Numbered from the stretch's first letter, positions 9,899 to 19,635 are shown. The stretch is 64,000 nt of DNA from Thermoanaerobaculia bacterium (GCA_963664405.1 OY761158.1:5312001-5376000), one strand, 5' to 3'. Made by a program: numbers and translations. The notes: generated from the sequence alone by a model not told the origin.

Positions 9899-10007
9899 TC
9901 TCTGTTCAGTCGAGGTTGGGTGCTGTCAAAGAAGAAAACCACTTCGCGCGATATACACTCGCTATCGTATCGGGTCGCAGGTACTCAATGTGTGGAACGA
10001 AGGCCGC

Positions 10008-10044
10008 TAAACATGATATTGTTTACCTTCTTGGTAACAAATAT
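10008..10044. promoter_or_regulatory. AT-rich palindromes (putative operator) upstream of the sulfite/nitrite reductase
   Basis: TAAACA-N6-TGTTTA at 10008-10025 and ATATTGTTTACC-N5-GGTAACAAATAT at 10016-10044. Confidence 0.45.
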
Positions 10045-10084
10045 ATGAATAGACAGTAAAGGCCCCGTAACAGAGGACACGAAC

Positions 10085-12328
10085 ATGGCCCCTCCCTCCT
10101 GGAAAGAAAGGCTTGCCGACCAGACCCCTGACGAACTGATCCAAGAGATCGACGTCTTTGAGACCCAGCTCGAGCTGAAGCGTCAGGGCAAGATCGACGA
10201 GAAGATTTTCGCTGAGACGCGTCTACGGAGAGGCGTGTACGGTCAGCGCTACGACAACGGGCAGCGACACGACGGTGTCGAGAGTCGGGTGCTCGAGTTC
10301 CCGAGTGGGGATCTCACCAAGGGTCCGACAACGATGTGGGATGCGCCGGGGATGCAGCGCATCAAGATCCCTTTCGGTGCGGTCACCGCCGACCAGCTCG
10401 ATGTGCTTGGGGATCTCGCGGAGGAGTACTCCGACGCCATTGTGCACGTCACCACGCGGCAGGACTTTCAACTCCACTTTATTCACATCGAAGACACACC
10501 CAACCTGATGCGGAGGCTGGGCGCGGTCGGCATCACAACCCGAGAGGCGTGCGGCAATTCGGTACGAAACGTCACCGCTTGCCCGCGCTCGGGAGTGTGC
10601 GCCGACGAGGCTTTCGATGTCAGTCCCTATGCGAGGGCGTTGGCCTATTTTCTGCTCGGCCACAAGGACGCGCAGGACTTCGGACGTAAGTTCAAGATCT
10701 CCTTCTCTGGCTGTGGAGGACGCGCCTGCGGGCTTGCTCACTTGCACGACATGGGGGTTGTCGCCCAGACCCGCGTGGTCGACGGTGAGGAGAAGCGGGG
10801 CTTCGAGCTCTACGTCGGTGGCGGCTTGGGTGCGGTGCCCTACCAGGCGAAGCTCTATGACGATTTTCTCGCGGCCGAAGAGCTCTTGCCGACGGCGCAA
10901 GCGATCTGTCGCGTCTTTTCGCGTCTGGGGGAGAAGCGGAACCGCGCTAGGGCGAGGCTCAAGTTTCTGGTCGCCAAGCTCGGCTTCGAAGAGTTCAGGC
11001 GTTTGGTCAACGAGGAGCTCGAGCAGATCCCCGAAGATGATCGCTGGACTGCTTTTCTCGACGATCTCGCAGTTACCGACGAGGAGCCCACACGCGAGCC
11101 GCGCGCACTCACCATGGATCCTCTGCCCGAGGGCTACGAGGACTGGCAACGGTCGAACGTCGAGGCCCAGGGACAGCCGGGTTACTTCATGGCCACGGTC
11201 TGCCTACCTTTGGGTGACCTCAGCGCCGACCAAACCCGCGCCGTTGCCGCGATCGCCCGCAAGTACAACGGTGGGCGGCTGCGCACCTCGGTCGAGCAGA
11301 ACCTGGTGCTGCGGTGGATCACCGAAGGCGATCTACCCGAGCTCTACGCGGAGCTCGCGGAAAGCGACCTTGCTCTGCCCGGAGCGTCGACCCTGATCGA
11401 CATCACAACCTGCCCCGGCACCGATACCTGCAAGCTCGGCATCTCGTCTTCCCGCGGGCTCGCCGCAGAGTTGCGCAAACGGATCGCCGCCCGCAGCTTC
11501 GAGATCGACGAGGCCGTCGAGGGTCTGAAGATCAAGGTCTCGGGCTGTTTCAACTCCTGCGGCCAACACCACATCGCTGATATCGGCTTTTATGGGGTCA
11601 GTCGCAAGGTGGGCAGTCACACCGTTCCCCATTTTCAGGTCGTTCTGGGAGGGCAGACGGCGGACAATGCCGCAGCTTACGGGTTGGCTACCATCGCGGT
11701 GCCTTCGAGGGTGATCCCGGAGGTCGTAGAAACTCTCACCGGCCTCTTCATTCGCGAGCGCGAGCCCGGCGAGAGCTTTCAGGCGTGTATTGATCGCGTC
11801 GGCAAGGCCAAGATCCGCGCTTTGCTCCAACCCCTCACCGAAGTGCCGAGCTACGAGCAGGACGCGAGCTACTACAGCGATTGGGGCGACCCCAGGGAGT
11901 ACAGCATTGGCGACATGGGGATCGGCGAGTGTGCCGGCGAGGTCGTGACATTGGTGGAGTTCGGCTTGTCCACCAGCGAGCGAATCGCATTCGAGGCCTT
12001 GGAGGATCTCGAAGAGGGCAAGACCTACATGGCTGCTTCCAAGGCCTTCCAGGCGATGCTGCAGGCGGCCAAGGCTGTTACGCAGACCCAAAACATCGAT
12101 GTGAGCGACGATGTCGACCAGATTATCGGCGAGTTCAAGACCCGCTTCTATGACACCGAGATCTTCCACGACCGCTTTGCCGGGCCGAAGTTCGCCAATT
12201 ATCTGTTTCGTGCGCATGAGGAGGGGCTCAAGAGTCCGAGCGCGGAGGAAGCCCACCAGCGCATCGAGGAAGCACAGCTCTTCATCGAAGCAGCTCACGC
12301 CTGCTATAACCGCATGGCTCCGGCCTAG
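10085..12328 (+). CDS. Ferredoxin-type nitrite/sulfite reductase (siroheme) with a C-terminal HEPN-like helical extension
   Basis: HVTTRQ, RKFKIS, CPGTDTC and SGCFNSCGQHHIADIG motifs; cobA downstream. Confidence 0.9.
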   Translation: MAPPSWKERLADQTPDELIQEIDVFETQLELKRQGKIDEKIFAETRLRRGVYGQRYDNGQRHDGVESRVLEFPSGDLTKGPTTMWDAPGMQRIKIPFGAVTADQLDVLGDLAEEYSDAIVHVTTRQDFQLHFIHIEDTPNLMRRLGAVGITTREACGNSVRNVTACPRSGVCADEAFDVSPYARALAYFLLGHKDAQDFGRKFKISFSGCGGRACGLAHLHDMGVVAQTRVVDGEEKRGFELYVGGGLGAVPYQAKLYDDFLAAEELLPTAQAICRVFSRLGEKRNRARARLKFLVAKLGFEEFRRLVNEELEQIPEDDRWTAFLDDLAVTDEEPTREPRALTMDPLPEGYEDWQRSNVEAQGQPGYFMATVCLPLGDLSADQTRAVAAIARKYNGGRLRTSVEQNLVLRWITEGDLPELYAELAESDLALPGASTLIDITTCPGTDTCKLGISSSRGLAAELRKRIAARSFEIDEAVEGLKIKVSGCFNSCGQHHIADIGFYGVSRKVGSHTVPHFQVVLGGQTADNAAAYGLATIAVPSRVIPEVVETLTGLFIREREPGESFQACIDRVGKAKIRALLQPLTEVPSYEQDASYYSDWGDPREYSIGDMGIGECAGEVVTLVEFGLSTSERIAFEALEDLEEGKTYMAASKAFQAMLQAAKAVTQTQNIDVSDDVDQIIGEFKTRFYDTEIFHDRFAGPKFANYLFRAHEEGLKSPSAEEAHQRIEEAQLFIEAAHACYNRMAPA

Positions 12329-12334
12329 GCATCA

Positions 12335-12967
12335 ATGACAATGATCGATACGGCCAAGATCGAGCTCAAGGTCTTCGCCGCCGGCAGCAACGGTGTTGCG
12401 AACGGCGGTGAGCTGGACATCGAAGGGTTAATTCCTGTGTTTCATCGCTGGGTTCGCGACCAGTGCCTCGAAGAGACGATGATCGATGTTGCGGATTACA
12501 CCCACGTACCGAATGGACCGGGTGTTTTGCTCGTCTGTCACGACGCGAATTACTCGTTGGATCAAGGCGGGGGAGAGACTGGGCTGCTGTACAGCCGGAG
12601 GCGCGAGACCCACCCCTCTCTTGGCAACATAGAGTCTCTGGACGACCGCCTCGCATCGGTGTTTCGACGCAGTCTCGAGGCGTGCGTGCTCCTCGAAGAG
12701 GAGCCGTCCCTGGCGGGAACAGTCCATTTTCCTGGCGATCGCTTTCTGCTTTGGGTCAACGACCGTCTTATCGGTCGCGACGGCGAGGAAGAGCTCGAGA
12801 GCGCGTCGAAGCGACTCTTGGCTCGGCTTGCTCCCGAGGCCGAGATCTCGCTCGGCTCCGCGACTTCCGAGGGCGGTCGCTTGGGGCATCACCTTCGTCT
12901 TGCCGGCTCGCCGGGGATCCGGTCGCTGCTTGCAGAGATAGGAGAACCCTCTGGAGAGAGTGAGTGA
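12335..12967 (+). CDS. Hypothetical protein in the reductase operon
   Basis: Tightly packed between the reductase and cobA; contains FHRW..IDVADYTHVP.GPGVLL. Confidence 0.75.
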   Translation: MTMIDTAKIELKVFAAGSNGVANGGELDIEGLIPVFHRWVRDQCLEETMIDVADYTHVPNGPGVLLVCHDANYSLDQGGGETGLLYSRRRETHPSLGNIESLDDRLASVFRRSLEACVLLEEEPSLAGTVHFPGDRFLLWVNDRLIGRDGEEELESASKRLLARLAPEAEISLGSATSEGGRLGHHLRLAGSPGIRSLLAEIGEPSGESE

Positions 12968-13758
12968 CGAGAGAGCTTGATCTGCGACCGGAAAAGGTTT
13001 GGATCGTGGGGGCGGGACCCGGCGATCCCGAGCTTCTCACTGTGCGAGCCGCAAGGCTGATCGCCGAGGCCGACGATCTCCTGGTTGACGCACTCGTTCC
13101 GCCGGCCGTCTATCAGGGCGTCAAGGCGCGAATTCTCTACGTCGGCAAGCGCTCGGGCCGCCCGCACCTCTCGCAGCGCGAGATCGAAGACATTTTGGTG
13201 CGATTGGCCCGCGAGGGCCGTCGGGTGGTGCGCCTCAAAGGAGGCGACCCTGCGGTCTTCGCCCGTCTCGGCGAAGAAGTGAGAGCGCTGGAAGAGGCCG
13301 GCGTTCCCTGGGAGGCCGTCCCCGGAGTCTCGAGTTTCCTCGCCGCTGCACAGGCCGTTGGCATCCCGCTCACCGATCGCGGTGAGGCGGACCGCTTTGT
13401 GGTGTTGACCGGCCACGGCGGTGAAGGCCGGAGCCTTCCCTCGCTCCCCGCCTTTGACGCCGCGACTACCGTCGTGCTGCTGATGGCGATCGGCAACTTA
13501 GGGGAGCTGGTGGCGGCAGCGCTCGATGCCGGCTACCCGGCCGAGCTGCCGGCGGTCGCGGTGAGCCAGGCAAGTCTACCTGGGGAGCGTCGAGTTGCGG
13601 CTCCTCTCGAAGCCCTGCCGCGAGCGGTGGCGTCGGCGCGGCTGGAGACCCCGGCGACTGTGCTGATCGGGCAGGTCGCGAAGCGCCTGACCCAGACCAA
13701 GCCGCATTCAGAGGTCGTGCCGTTTTCTGTCGAGCTTCGTAGCGCGACGCTGAGCTGA
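12964..13758 (+). CDS. cobA: Uroporphyrinogen-III C-methyltransferase
   Basis: VGAGPGDPELLT, VGKR, VVRLKGGDP and VPGVSS motifs. Confidence 0.93.
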   Translation: MTRELDLRPEKVWIVGAGPGDPELLTVRAARLIAEADDLLVDALVPPAVYQGVKARILYVGKRSGRPHLSQREIEDILVRLAREGRRVVRLKGGDPAVFARLGEEVRALEEAGVPWEAVPGVSSFLAAAQAVGIPLTDRGEADRFVVLTGHGGEGRSLPSLPAFDAATTVVLLMAIGNLGELVAAALDAGYPAELPAVAVSQASLPGERRVAAPLEALPRAVASARLETPATVLIGQVAKRLTQTKPHSEVVPFSVELRSATLS

Positions 13759-13772
13759 GCTGGACAGAGAGA

Positions 13773-14570
13773 CTACTCGGACCGCTCTTCAGCGGATGTA
13801 GCGAGGAGGGTCTGGATCGGCTTGGGGAGGTCGAAGGCCGAGTCATCGATGTCTTCGAATGCGACTTCCTCAAGGGTCATCACCTGCTGCGCGCCCATCA
13901 TCTCCTGGCGGGATTCCGTCGGGTACAGTCGCCCTCCCAGCTCTTGATAGCCGCCGATTCGGGATACGACGTGAACCTCACCCATGGGTGAGGGCTGGTT
14001 GCCGCTGACTGCGACGAGCAGGCCACTGTCGACCGAGAAGTAGTGGAAAGCCTCAATTCCTCCCGCGGTCGTGACTTTGAGCTTGTAGCAGGGCGCCTCA
14101 TCGAAGTCTTCCTGAGTGACGGGGCCGAGCTCGGCGTAGTTACGCTCGTAGTTGAGCTCGGCGTAGAAGTCTGACTGGACCACCACTGCTTCGAGCTCAG
14201 CGCCTTCGAGAACCATCGGACCGGTCATCGGGTTGTCGACCCAGGCGGTTTCTCCGTCGTACCCTTGGGTGATCGTGCCGAGGCTTTCGGAGACTACCTC
14301 GAGGTGGAAGGAGTTCGGCGCCGCTGCCTTCAGCTTCACGCTTCCTTCGACGCCGAGGCCCGGCATCTCGAGTTTTCCTGTCCAGGTGACGTGGCGCTGG
14401 GCCCGGATCGCTTCTACACCGCCGACTTCTTCGATGTAGCGGCTGAGGATCTCTTGCGGGGTCGGTAAAGGGTCGTCCTGGGCGCTCACCTGGGCAAGCG
14501 AGGGGATCAACAACAGGACGGGGAGAATGGCGATCTTGTGGGCTTGCAGCCGGTTTAGGGCAGGTCTCAT
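13773..14570 (-). CDS. Exported protein, LolA-like/DUF620-like beta-rich fold
   Basis: Signal peptide from ATG 14570; YIEEVGG, QGYDGETAW and YFSVDSGLL motifs. Confidence 0.6.
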   Translation of the reverse strand: MRPALNRLQAHKIAILPVLLLIPSLAQVSAQDDPLPTPQEILSRYIEEVGGVEAIRAQRHVTWTGKLEMPGLGVEGSVKLKAAAPNSFHLEVVSESLGTITQGYDGETAWVDNPMTGPMVLEGAELEAVVVQSDFYAELNYERNYAELGPVTQEDFDEAPCYKLKVTTAGGIEAFHYFSVDSGLLVAVSGNQPSPMGEVHVVSRIGGYQELGGRLYPTESRQEMMGAQQVMTLEEVAFEDIDDSAFDLPKPIQTLLATSAEERSE

Positions 14571-14572
14571 GA

Positions 14573-16018
14573 CTATCGAGCTCCTTCTTTGTGGGTGACT
14601 CTCGAGGCAGCGACGCTTTCGATCCAAGAGATCGCGTCGTCTCTGGCAGTGTCGCGGCCGCTGAGGAGATCCGCGCGGGTGATCCGAGATAGGACGTCGG
14701 GAACGATCGGACGCCCCTCCACGCGCTCGCCGCTCGGTCGGATGTAATCCATGGTCGCGTGCAGAAAAACATCGCCGTTGGGTAGAGAATCCATCATCGC
14801 CGGCAGCGCCGCACCGGCAGAGGGCCGCCCGAAGAGTCTGGCGCGATCGTGATCTCTGAGACCGGCGGCGAAGACCTCCGATGTGGAAGCACTTCCGCCG
14901 TCGATGAGGATGGCGAGCGGTCCGTCATACGGTTTGGTGGCTTCCCCTTCCGCGGTCACTCGGCGTGGGTTGACGACGAGCTCGAGGGCGTCGCGACGAC
15001 TCTTGATGGCGCCAAGGCTGAGCCTCTGGTCGACGAAGTAGCCCGCCACCGCCTGCGCGACTACCGAGACGCCGCCCGGATTGCCTCGCAAGTCGATGAT
15101 CACACCGTCTGCTGTCTTTACTTCACTCATGGCGTCGGCGACGGACTGAGCGATGGGGAGCAGCCAGATGTTGAACTTGATGAGGGCGACCCTGGCGCCT
15201 CCTGCGCTGGACGCCCACGAAAAGTCGAAGCGAGTCGGTGTTGGCGGCAGATTGCCGAATCCCGTGAGCTCGCCTTGGGGCGGGCGGCGCTCGAGCGACA
15301 ACCTTCGTCTCCTGCCCCGACCATTCTCGAAGGTGGCCTTGACGATGCTTCCGCTCGTTCCGGCCACCAAGACATCCAGCCAGCTCGCTGTCAGCTGGGC
15401 TCGCAGGCTACTGTCGCTGAATTGGTCGAAGCAGGGGAGATGGTGGCCGGGGTTGATCGAGCCAATGCGCAGCAGCTGCCAGCCAGTGTGCACGCTCTGC
15501 CCGTCGGCGGAGCTTCCCGGGTCGACAGCGGTGACCACGACCTGCCCTTCGATGAGCTCGAGGCTCATGCCGGAGTCGGCGGGCCCGGGCTGGGCGTGGA
15601 GAAGTTCCATGAGCTCCTGGTTGGATTCCGGGGTGCAGCCGTTCGGAAGACTCGACTTCGGAAGAAGAACGGGTACGCCCACGTCCGGCGAGGTGGCAGC
15701 GGCGATAAAGCCGAAATGGGACTGACCGAGTCTTCCGACCATTTCCTCGAGCACTTTCCGCAGCGCCGAGTCGTCTTGCGCGGCGCGGGCTCTTGGGCGC
15801 AGCTCTTCCTTTACCGCGTCCCAGTCGACGCCGTTGAAGTCAGGATCGAAGTGAGTCTCTTCCACCATTCTCCAGGCCGCGTCGAAAGTCGCGAGATTGG
15901 TTTCCTCTCGCGTCGAAGGCTGTTCACCTGCGGCAGGCCAGTAAGCAAGTAGAGCGCCGAGGGCGAATGCGCCGAGCGCGTTTCTCCTCGCCAGATGTTT
16001 GCCGCCGGCGCGCCTCAT
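14573..16018 (-). CDS. S41 family peptidase with PDZ-like insert
   Basis: FNGVDW, IIDLRGNPGG and SASTSEVFA motifs; signal peptide. Confidence 0.88.
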   Translation of the reverse strand: MRRAGGKHLARRNALGAFALGALLAYWPAAGEQPSTREETNLATFDAAWRMVEETHFDPDFNGVDWDAVKEELRPRARAAQDDSALRKVLEEMVGRLGQSHFGFIAAATSPDVGVPVLLPKSSLPNGCTPESNQELMELLHAQPGPADSGMSLELIEGQVVVTAVDPGSSADGQSVHTGWQLLRIGSINPGHHLPCFDQFSDSSLRAQLTASWLDVLVAGTSGSIVKATFENGRGRRRRLSLERRPPQGELTGFGNLPPTPTRFDFSWASSAGGARVALIKFNIWLLPIAQSVADAMSEVKTADGVIIDLRGNPGGVSVVAQAVAGYFVDQRLSLGAIKSRRDALELVVNPRRVTAEGEATKPYDGPLAILIDGGSASTSEVFAAGLRDHDRARLFGRPSAGAALPAMMDSLPNGDVFLHATMDYIRPSGERVEGRPIVPDVLSRITRADLLSGRDTARDDAISWIESVAASRVTHKEGAR

Positions 16019-16422
16019 CAGCCACCCTCACCGAAGACTTCTCGTACCTTTTCTTGCAGTCGCTCCTTGGCCCGGTCGACCTCGGCGAGCGCGTCCTGAA
16101 GCTTCTCCAGCTCCGATGCTCGCACTTTGAGGCCCTCGCGGATGAAGAGGGCTGCTGCTTCGGAACGGCTCTTGACCGCCTCGGTCTTAACCCATTCGTC
16201 GAGCTGTCGCAAGGTGTCGGCGTCGACGCGCACCATCAGCGGCTGATCCCGCTGCGCTTTGCTCATCTCGTCCACGCTGTCCTTGATGTCGGGAGTGACG
16301 CATACGACCTTCACCGCTCCGCCGATCCGGTCGCCTAGCTTCTCGATGTCAACGCCGGCCTCCGCGAGCTCGGTACGTACACGCTCCCAGATGGATCTCC
16401 AGTCTTCGCTGTCTACATTCAT
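16018..16422 (-). CDS. Ribbon-helix-helix (CopG-like) DNA-binding protein with coiled-coil tail
   Basis: LMVRVD..LDEW..SRSEAAALFIREG; GGAGG RBS. Confidence 0.7.
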   Translation of the reverse strand: MNVDSEDWRSIWERVRTELAEAGVDIEKLGDRIGGAVKVVCVTPDIKDSVDEMSKAQRDQPLMVRVDADTLRQLDEWVKTEAVKSRSEAAALFIREGLKVRASELEKLQDALAEVDRAKERLQEKVREVFGEGG

Positions 16423-16431
16423 TGCTAATCC

Positions 16432-16468
16432 TCCGTAATCTGTAATTCAATTACGAGGAATCCGTAAC
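16432..16468. promoter_or_regulatory. Clustered GTAAT/ATTAC boxes, putative RHH operator
   Basis: GTAAT at 16435 and 16442, ATTAC at 16450, GTAAC at 16464; TCCGTAA repeated at 16432 and 16461. Confidence 0.5.
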
Positions 16469-16496
16469 AATGTTTCGCTGGTAAAGGGGGCCGCGG

Positions 16497-16707
16497 TCAA
16501 TCCTTGGCACGAATCTGAAAGATCGCCTGGATCTCGACCGGGGATTCCGGCCGGGAGGGAGACCATGCCGACTGCGGCGCGGGCACCGAGTCCCAGCTCG
16601 TCGCCAAAAATCCACCATCAGATTGCTGAAGCCATTGATCACTTGGGGTTGCTCCACGAAATCGGGCGTACAGTTGACCATGCCGACGATCTGGACCACC
16701 GTAGCAG
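16497..16707 (-). pseudogene. 3' remnant of a Rid (RidA/YjgF/YER057c) family gene with two frameshifts
   Basis: Stitched translation VVQIVGMVNCTPDFVEQPQVINGFSNLMV/FGDELGLGARAAVGMVSLPAGIP/VEIQAIFQIRAKD*. Confidence 0.75.
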
Positions 16708-18483
16708 TCAGAGCGGCCAAACGAGCAGGATCATCGGCACCCCTAGGACTATGACGAGGATTTCGAGCGGTAGACCCATTCGCCAATAGTCGCCGAAGCG
16801 ATAACCGCCAGGGCCGAGGATGATGGTGTTGTTCTTGTGCCCGATCGGGGTGAGAAAGGCGCAGGAGGCGGCGACGGCGACCGCCATGAGAAAGGAGTCG
16901 GGATTCGCGCCGAGGCGGTTAGCGATGTCGACGGCGATCGGCGCCGCGATGAGAGCGGTCGCGACATTGTTGAGTACATCGGAGAGGGTCATCGTGACGA
17001 CCATCAGGATTGTAAGCACAGCTACTGTTGGAAGACCGCGAGTTGAGTCGACGATAACCTCCGCCATCAGAGCGGTGCCGCCGCTGGATTCGATCGCGGC
17101 GCTGATCGGGATCATGCATCCCAGTAGAACAATCACCGGCCACTCGATCGACTCGTAGAGCTGCGAGAGCGGGACGATCTCGAAGACGACGTAGACCACT
17201 ACCACGGCTCCGAGAGCGACCGCGAGGTCGATGAGCCCGAAGCTGGATAGGGCGACGGCGACGGCGAAGGCTCCAACGGCGAGCGCAGCCTTGTGGCGCT
17301 GAGTCACCTCGAAGCCGCGTTCTTCGAGCGTCAAGCAACCGAGCCAGCCGACGACGTCTGGGAGCTGTTCCTCCGGTCCGAGCAGAAGCAGCAGATCTCC
17401 GCCTTGGATCTTGGACCGCCTCACCCGTTCCCGGGTGAGCTTGCCGTTGCGCGAGATACCGATGAGACTGACCCCCTTCCGGTAGAGGAGGCGCAGTTCC
17501 ATGGCGGATCGTCCCTCGATGCGTGCCCCGGCCGGCACCACGACTTCGGCGAAACCGAGGGACTCGTCGGCGAGTCCTTGGTACTTTTCGGCACCGACGA
17601 ATTTCAACCCAGCGACCCCGATGAATTGATCCAGCGCTTCAGGGCCCCCTTCGAGGACCAGAAGGTCGCCTTGGCGGATTTCGCTGTACCTCGCCCTGCC
17701 GGGGAGTCGCTCGCCACGACGGATGAGGCCGAGAATGGAGACTTCGTTTTCCTCCGCGAGGGCGTCGAGATCGCGCACGCGCCGTCCGATCAGCGGAGAC
17801 TTCTCGGTAACTTCTGGGTTTGCTACGTAGGGTATGAGCTCTCGGAGCTCTGAAGCGGTGTCCAAATTCGCCCGGTCGCGAGGAATCAGGCGCCAGCCAA
17901 CCAGAGCCACGTAGGCGACCCCAACTGCGGCGACAACCGCCCCGACCGGAGCGAAGTCGAACATGCGGTAGGGCTCGCCAAGTGCGTCGGCCCGAAAGGT
18001 CGCGATGACGATGTTGGGAGGGGTTCCGATCAGGGTCACCATCCCTCCCAGAATGGAAGCGAAAGAGATCGGCATCAGCGTGAGCGCGGGGCTGCGTTTC
18101 GCGCGCCGCGCCGCTTGGATGTCGAGAGGCATGAGCAGTACCAGGGCGGCCACGTTGTTCATCAAGGTCGACAGTACGGCCGCGACGCTTGCCATGATGC
18201 CGATGTGGCTCTGCAGCCCACGCGAGGCGTCGATGACGTGTCGCGCGAGTAGCTCGATGGCACCGGAGCGTGACAGTCCGCGGCTCACGATCAGAACTAG
18301 AGCGATGATGACGACAGCTGGGTGGCCGAAGCCGGAGAACGCTCCCTTATAGGGAACGACCCCGATCACCACGCCCACAACCAGGGCAGCGAAAGCCACG
18401 AGGTCATAACGGAACCGTCCCCAGATGAACAACGCGAGGACGGTGCCGGTCAGTACGAAGAGAATAGTCTGGTCGGTCGTCAC
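16708..18483 (-). CDS. SLC13/DASS family permease with two TrkA-C domains
   Basis: MNNVA, LIGTPPN, LNNVA and FLTPIGHKNN..GGYRFGDY motifs. Confidence 0.92.
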   Translation of the reverse strand: MTTDQTILFVLTGTVLALFIWGRFRYDLVAFAALVVGVVIGVVPYKGAFSGFGHPAVVIIALVLIVSRGLSRSGAIELLARHVIDASRGLQSHIGIMASVAAVLSTLMNNVAALVLLMPLDIQAARRAKRSPALTLMPISFASILGGMVTLIGTPPNIVIATFRADALGEPYRMFDFAPVGAVVAAVGVAYVALVGWRLIPRDRANLDTASELRELIPYVANPEVTEKSPLIGRRVRDLDALAEENEVSILGLIRRGERLPGRARYSEIRQGDLLVLEGGPEALDQFIGVAGLKFVGAEKYQGLADESLGFAEVVVPAGARIEGRSAMELRLLYRKGVSLIGISRNGKLTRERVRRSKIQGGDLLLLLGPEEQLPDVVGWLGCLTLEERGFEVTQRHKAALAVGAFAVAVALSSFGLIDLAVALGAVVVVYVVFEIVPLSQLYESIEWPVIVLLGCMIPISAAIESSGGTALMAEVIVDSTRGLPTVAVLTILMVVTMTLSDVLNNVATALIAAPIAVDIANRLGANPDSFLMAVAVAASCAFLTPIGHKNNTIILGPGGYRFGDYWRMGLPLEILVIVLGVPMILLVWPL

Positions 18484-18837
18484 GGGCTGAGACTATCTCT
18501 GGCAGGGGGGCCAGGGCTACGATTCGATGGGGAAAGAGACTCAGCGATGGATCCTAGGAGCGTGTCCAAGAATTCGGACAGGCGAGTAGTTCTTAGGGGG
18601 GGATGGGCCGGAGAACGGGCCGCAGGCCCGTTTTCCGGGGCTAGGCTAGACCGGCAGCCTGATCGAAGGAGGTGCGGCGCCGGCTTGAATCCGCTAGATT
18701 AGGCGTCCCCGAGGTGGAGGTGGAATCTTAGCCCCGGCGGGGTGGAGGAATGGTATGTTCGAGAGTTTCCGAGGCACTTACCTAACGAACCCCATGGAGT
18801 CGACCCGGAAGCTGGCGCTTCGGTCGTATCGGAGCGA

Positions 18838-19635
18838 ATGAAGCTCGAGGGCAAAGTCGTCGTCGTCACCGGCGGCGCCAATGGCATCGGCCGCGCCTTC
18901 TGTGAGCGCTTCGTCGCCGAGAGACCCGCCGCAATCGTCGTAGCCGATCTCGAGGGTGATCGAGCGCAAGAGGTGGCCGATCGCGTTGGCGGCGTTGCCC
19001 ATACGGTCGACGTCGGCAAGGAGGCCGACATCGTCGCCCTGGTGGATCGCACGATCGAGAGTTATGGCCGCATCGATGTCTTCTGCTCGAACGCGGGAAT
19101 CGGTGGAGGCGCCGGAGGCGTGGACCTCTCCAACGAGACCTGGGAAAGGGTCTTCGGGGTCAACTTTCACGCCCATCTCTACGCTGCCCGTGCTGTGCTG
19201 CCGGCGATGCTCGAGCGGGGCGAGGGTTATCTGGTCAACACCATCTCCGCTGCCGGCCTCTTGACCTCACTCGGATCGGCTCCCTACGCAGTCACTAAGC
19301 ATGCGGCCCTCGCCTTCGCCGAGTGGCTCCGGATCACGCACGGCGAGCGGGGCATCCGGGTCTCTTGTCTATGCCCGCAGGGCGTCCGCACCCGGATGCT
19401 CTTGGGCGATGATCTCGACAACAAAGAGCACTTCCTCGCTGCCGGTTCGGTCTCGCCGGACGAGGTCGCCGACTGTGTTGTCGAGGCGATCGATGACGAA
19501 CGCTTCCTCATCCTCCCTCACCCCGAGGTCGCCGAGTACTTTCGGCGCAAGGGCACGGACTACGATCGCTGGCTACGAGGCATGCAGCGTTTGCAGGCAC
19601 GAGTGAGTGAGGGGTATCAGCTGGAGAAACGCTGA
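18838..19635 (+). CDS. Short-chain dehydrogenase/reductase
   Basis: TGGANGIG, SNAGI and YAVTK motifs; GGAG RBS before ATG 18838. Confidence 0.93.
   Translation: MKLEGKVVVVTGGANGIGRAFCERFVAERPAAIVVADLEGDRAQEVADRVGGVAHTVDVGKEADIVALVDRTIESYGRIDVFCSNAGIGGGAGGVDLSNETWERVFGVNFHAHLYAARAVLPAMLERGEGYLVNTISAAGLLTSLGSAPYAVTKHAALAFAEWLRITHGERGIRVSCLCPQGVRTRMLLGDDLDNKEHFLAAGSVSPDEVADCVVEAIDDERFLILPHPEVAEYFRRKGTDYDRWLRGMQRLQARVSEGYQLEKR

Noticed and set aside
11950-12328. HEPN RNase toxin or defence system
   Set aside because: Fused to a metabolic reductase, with no clear Rx4-6H motif and no defence context.
16565-16789. Small plus-strand ORF with an apparent RBS
   Set aside because: Better explained as the antisense shadow of the Rid pseudogene, and it overlaps the SLC13 3' end.
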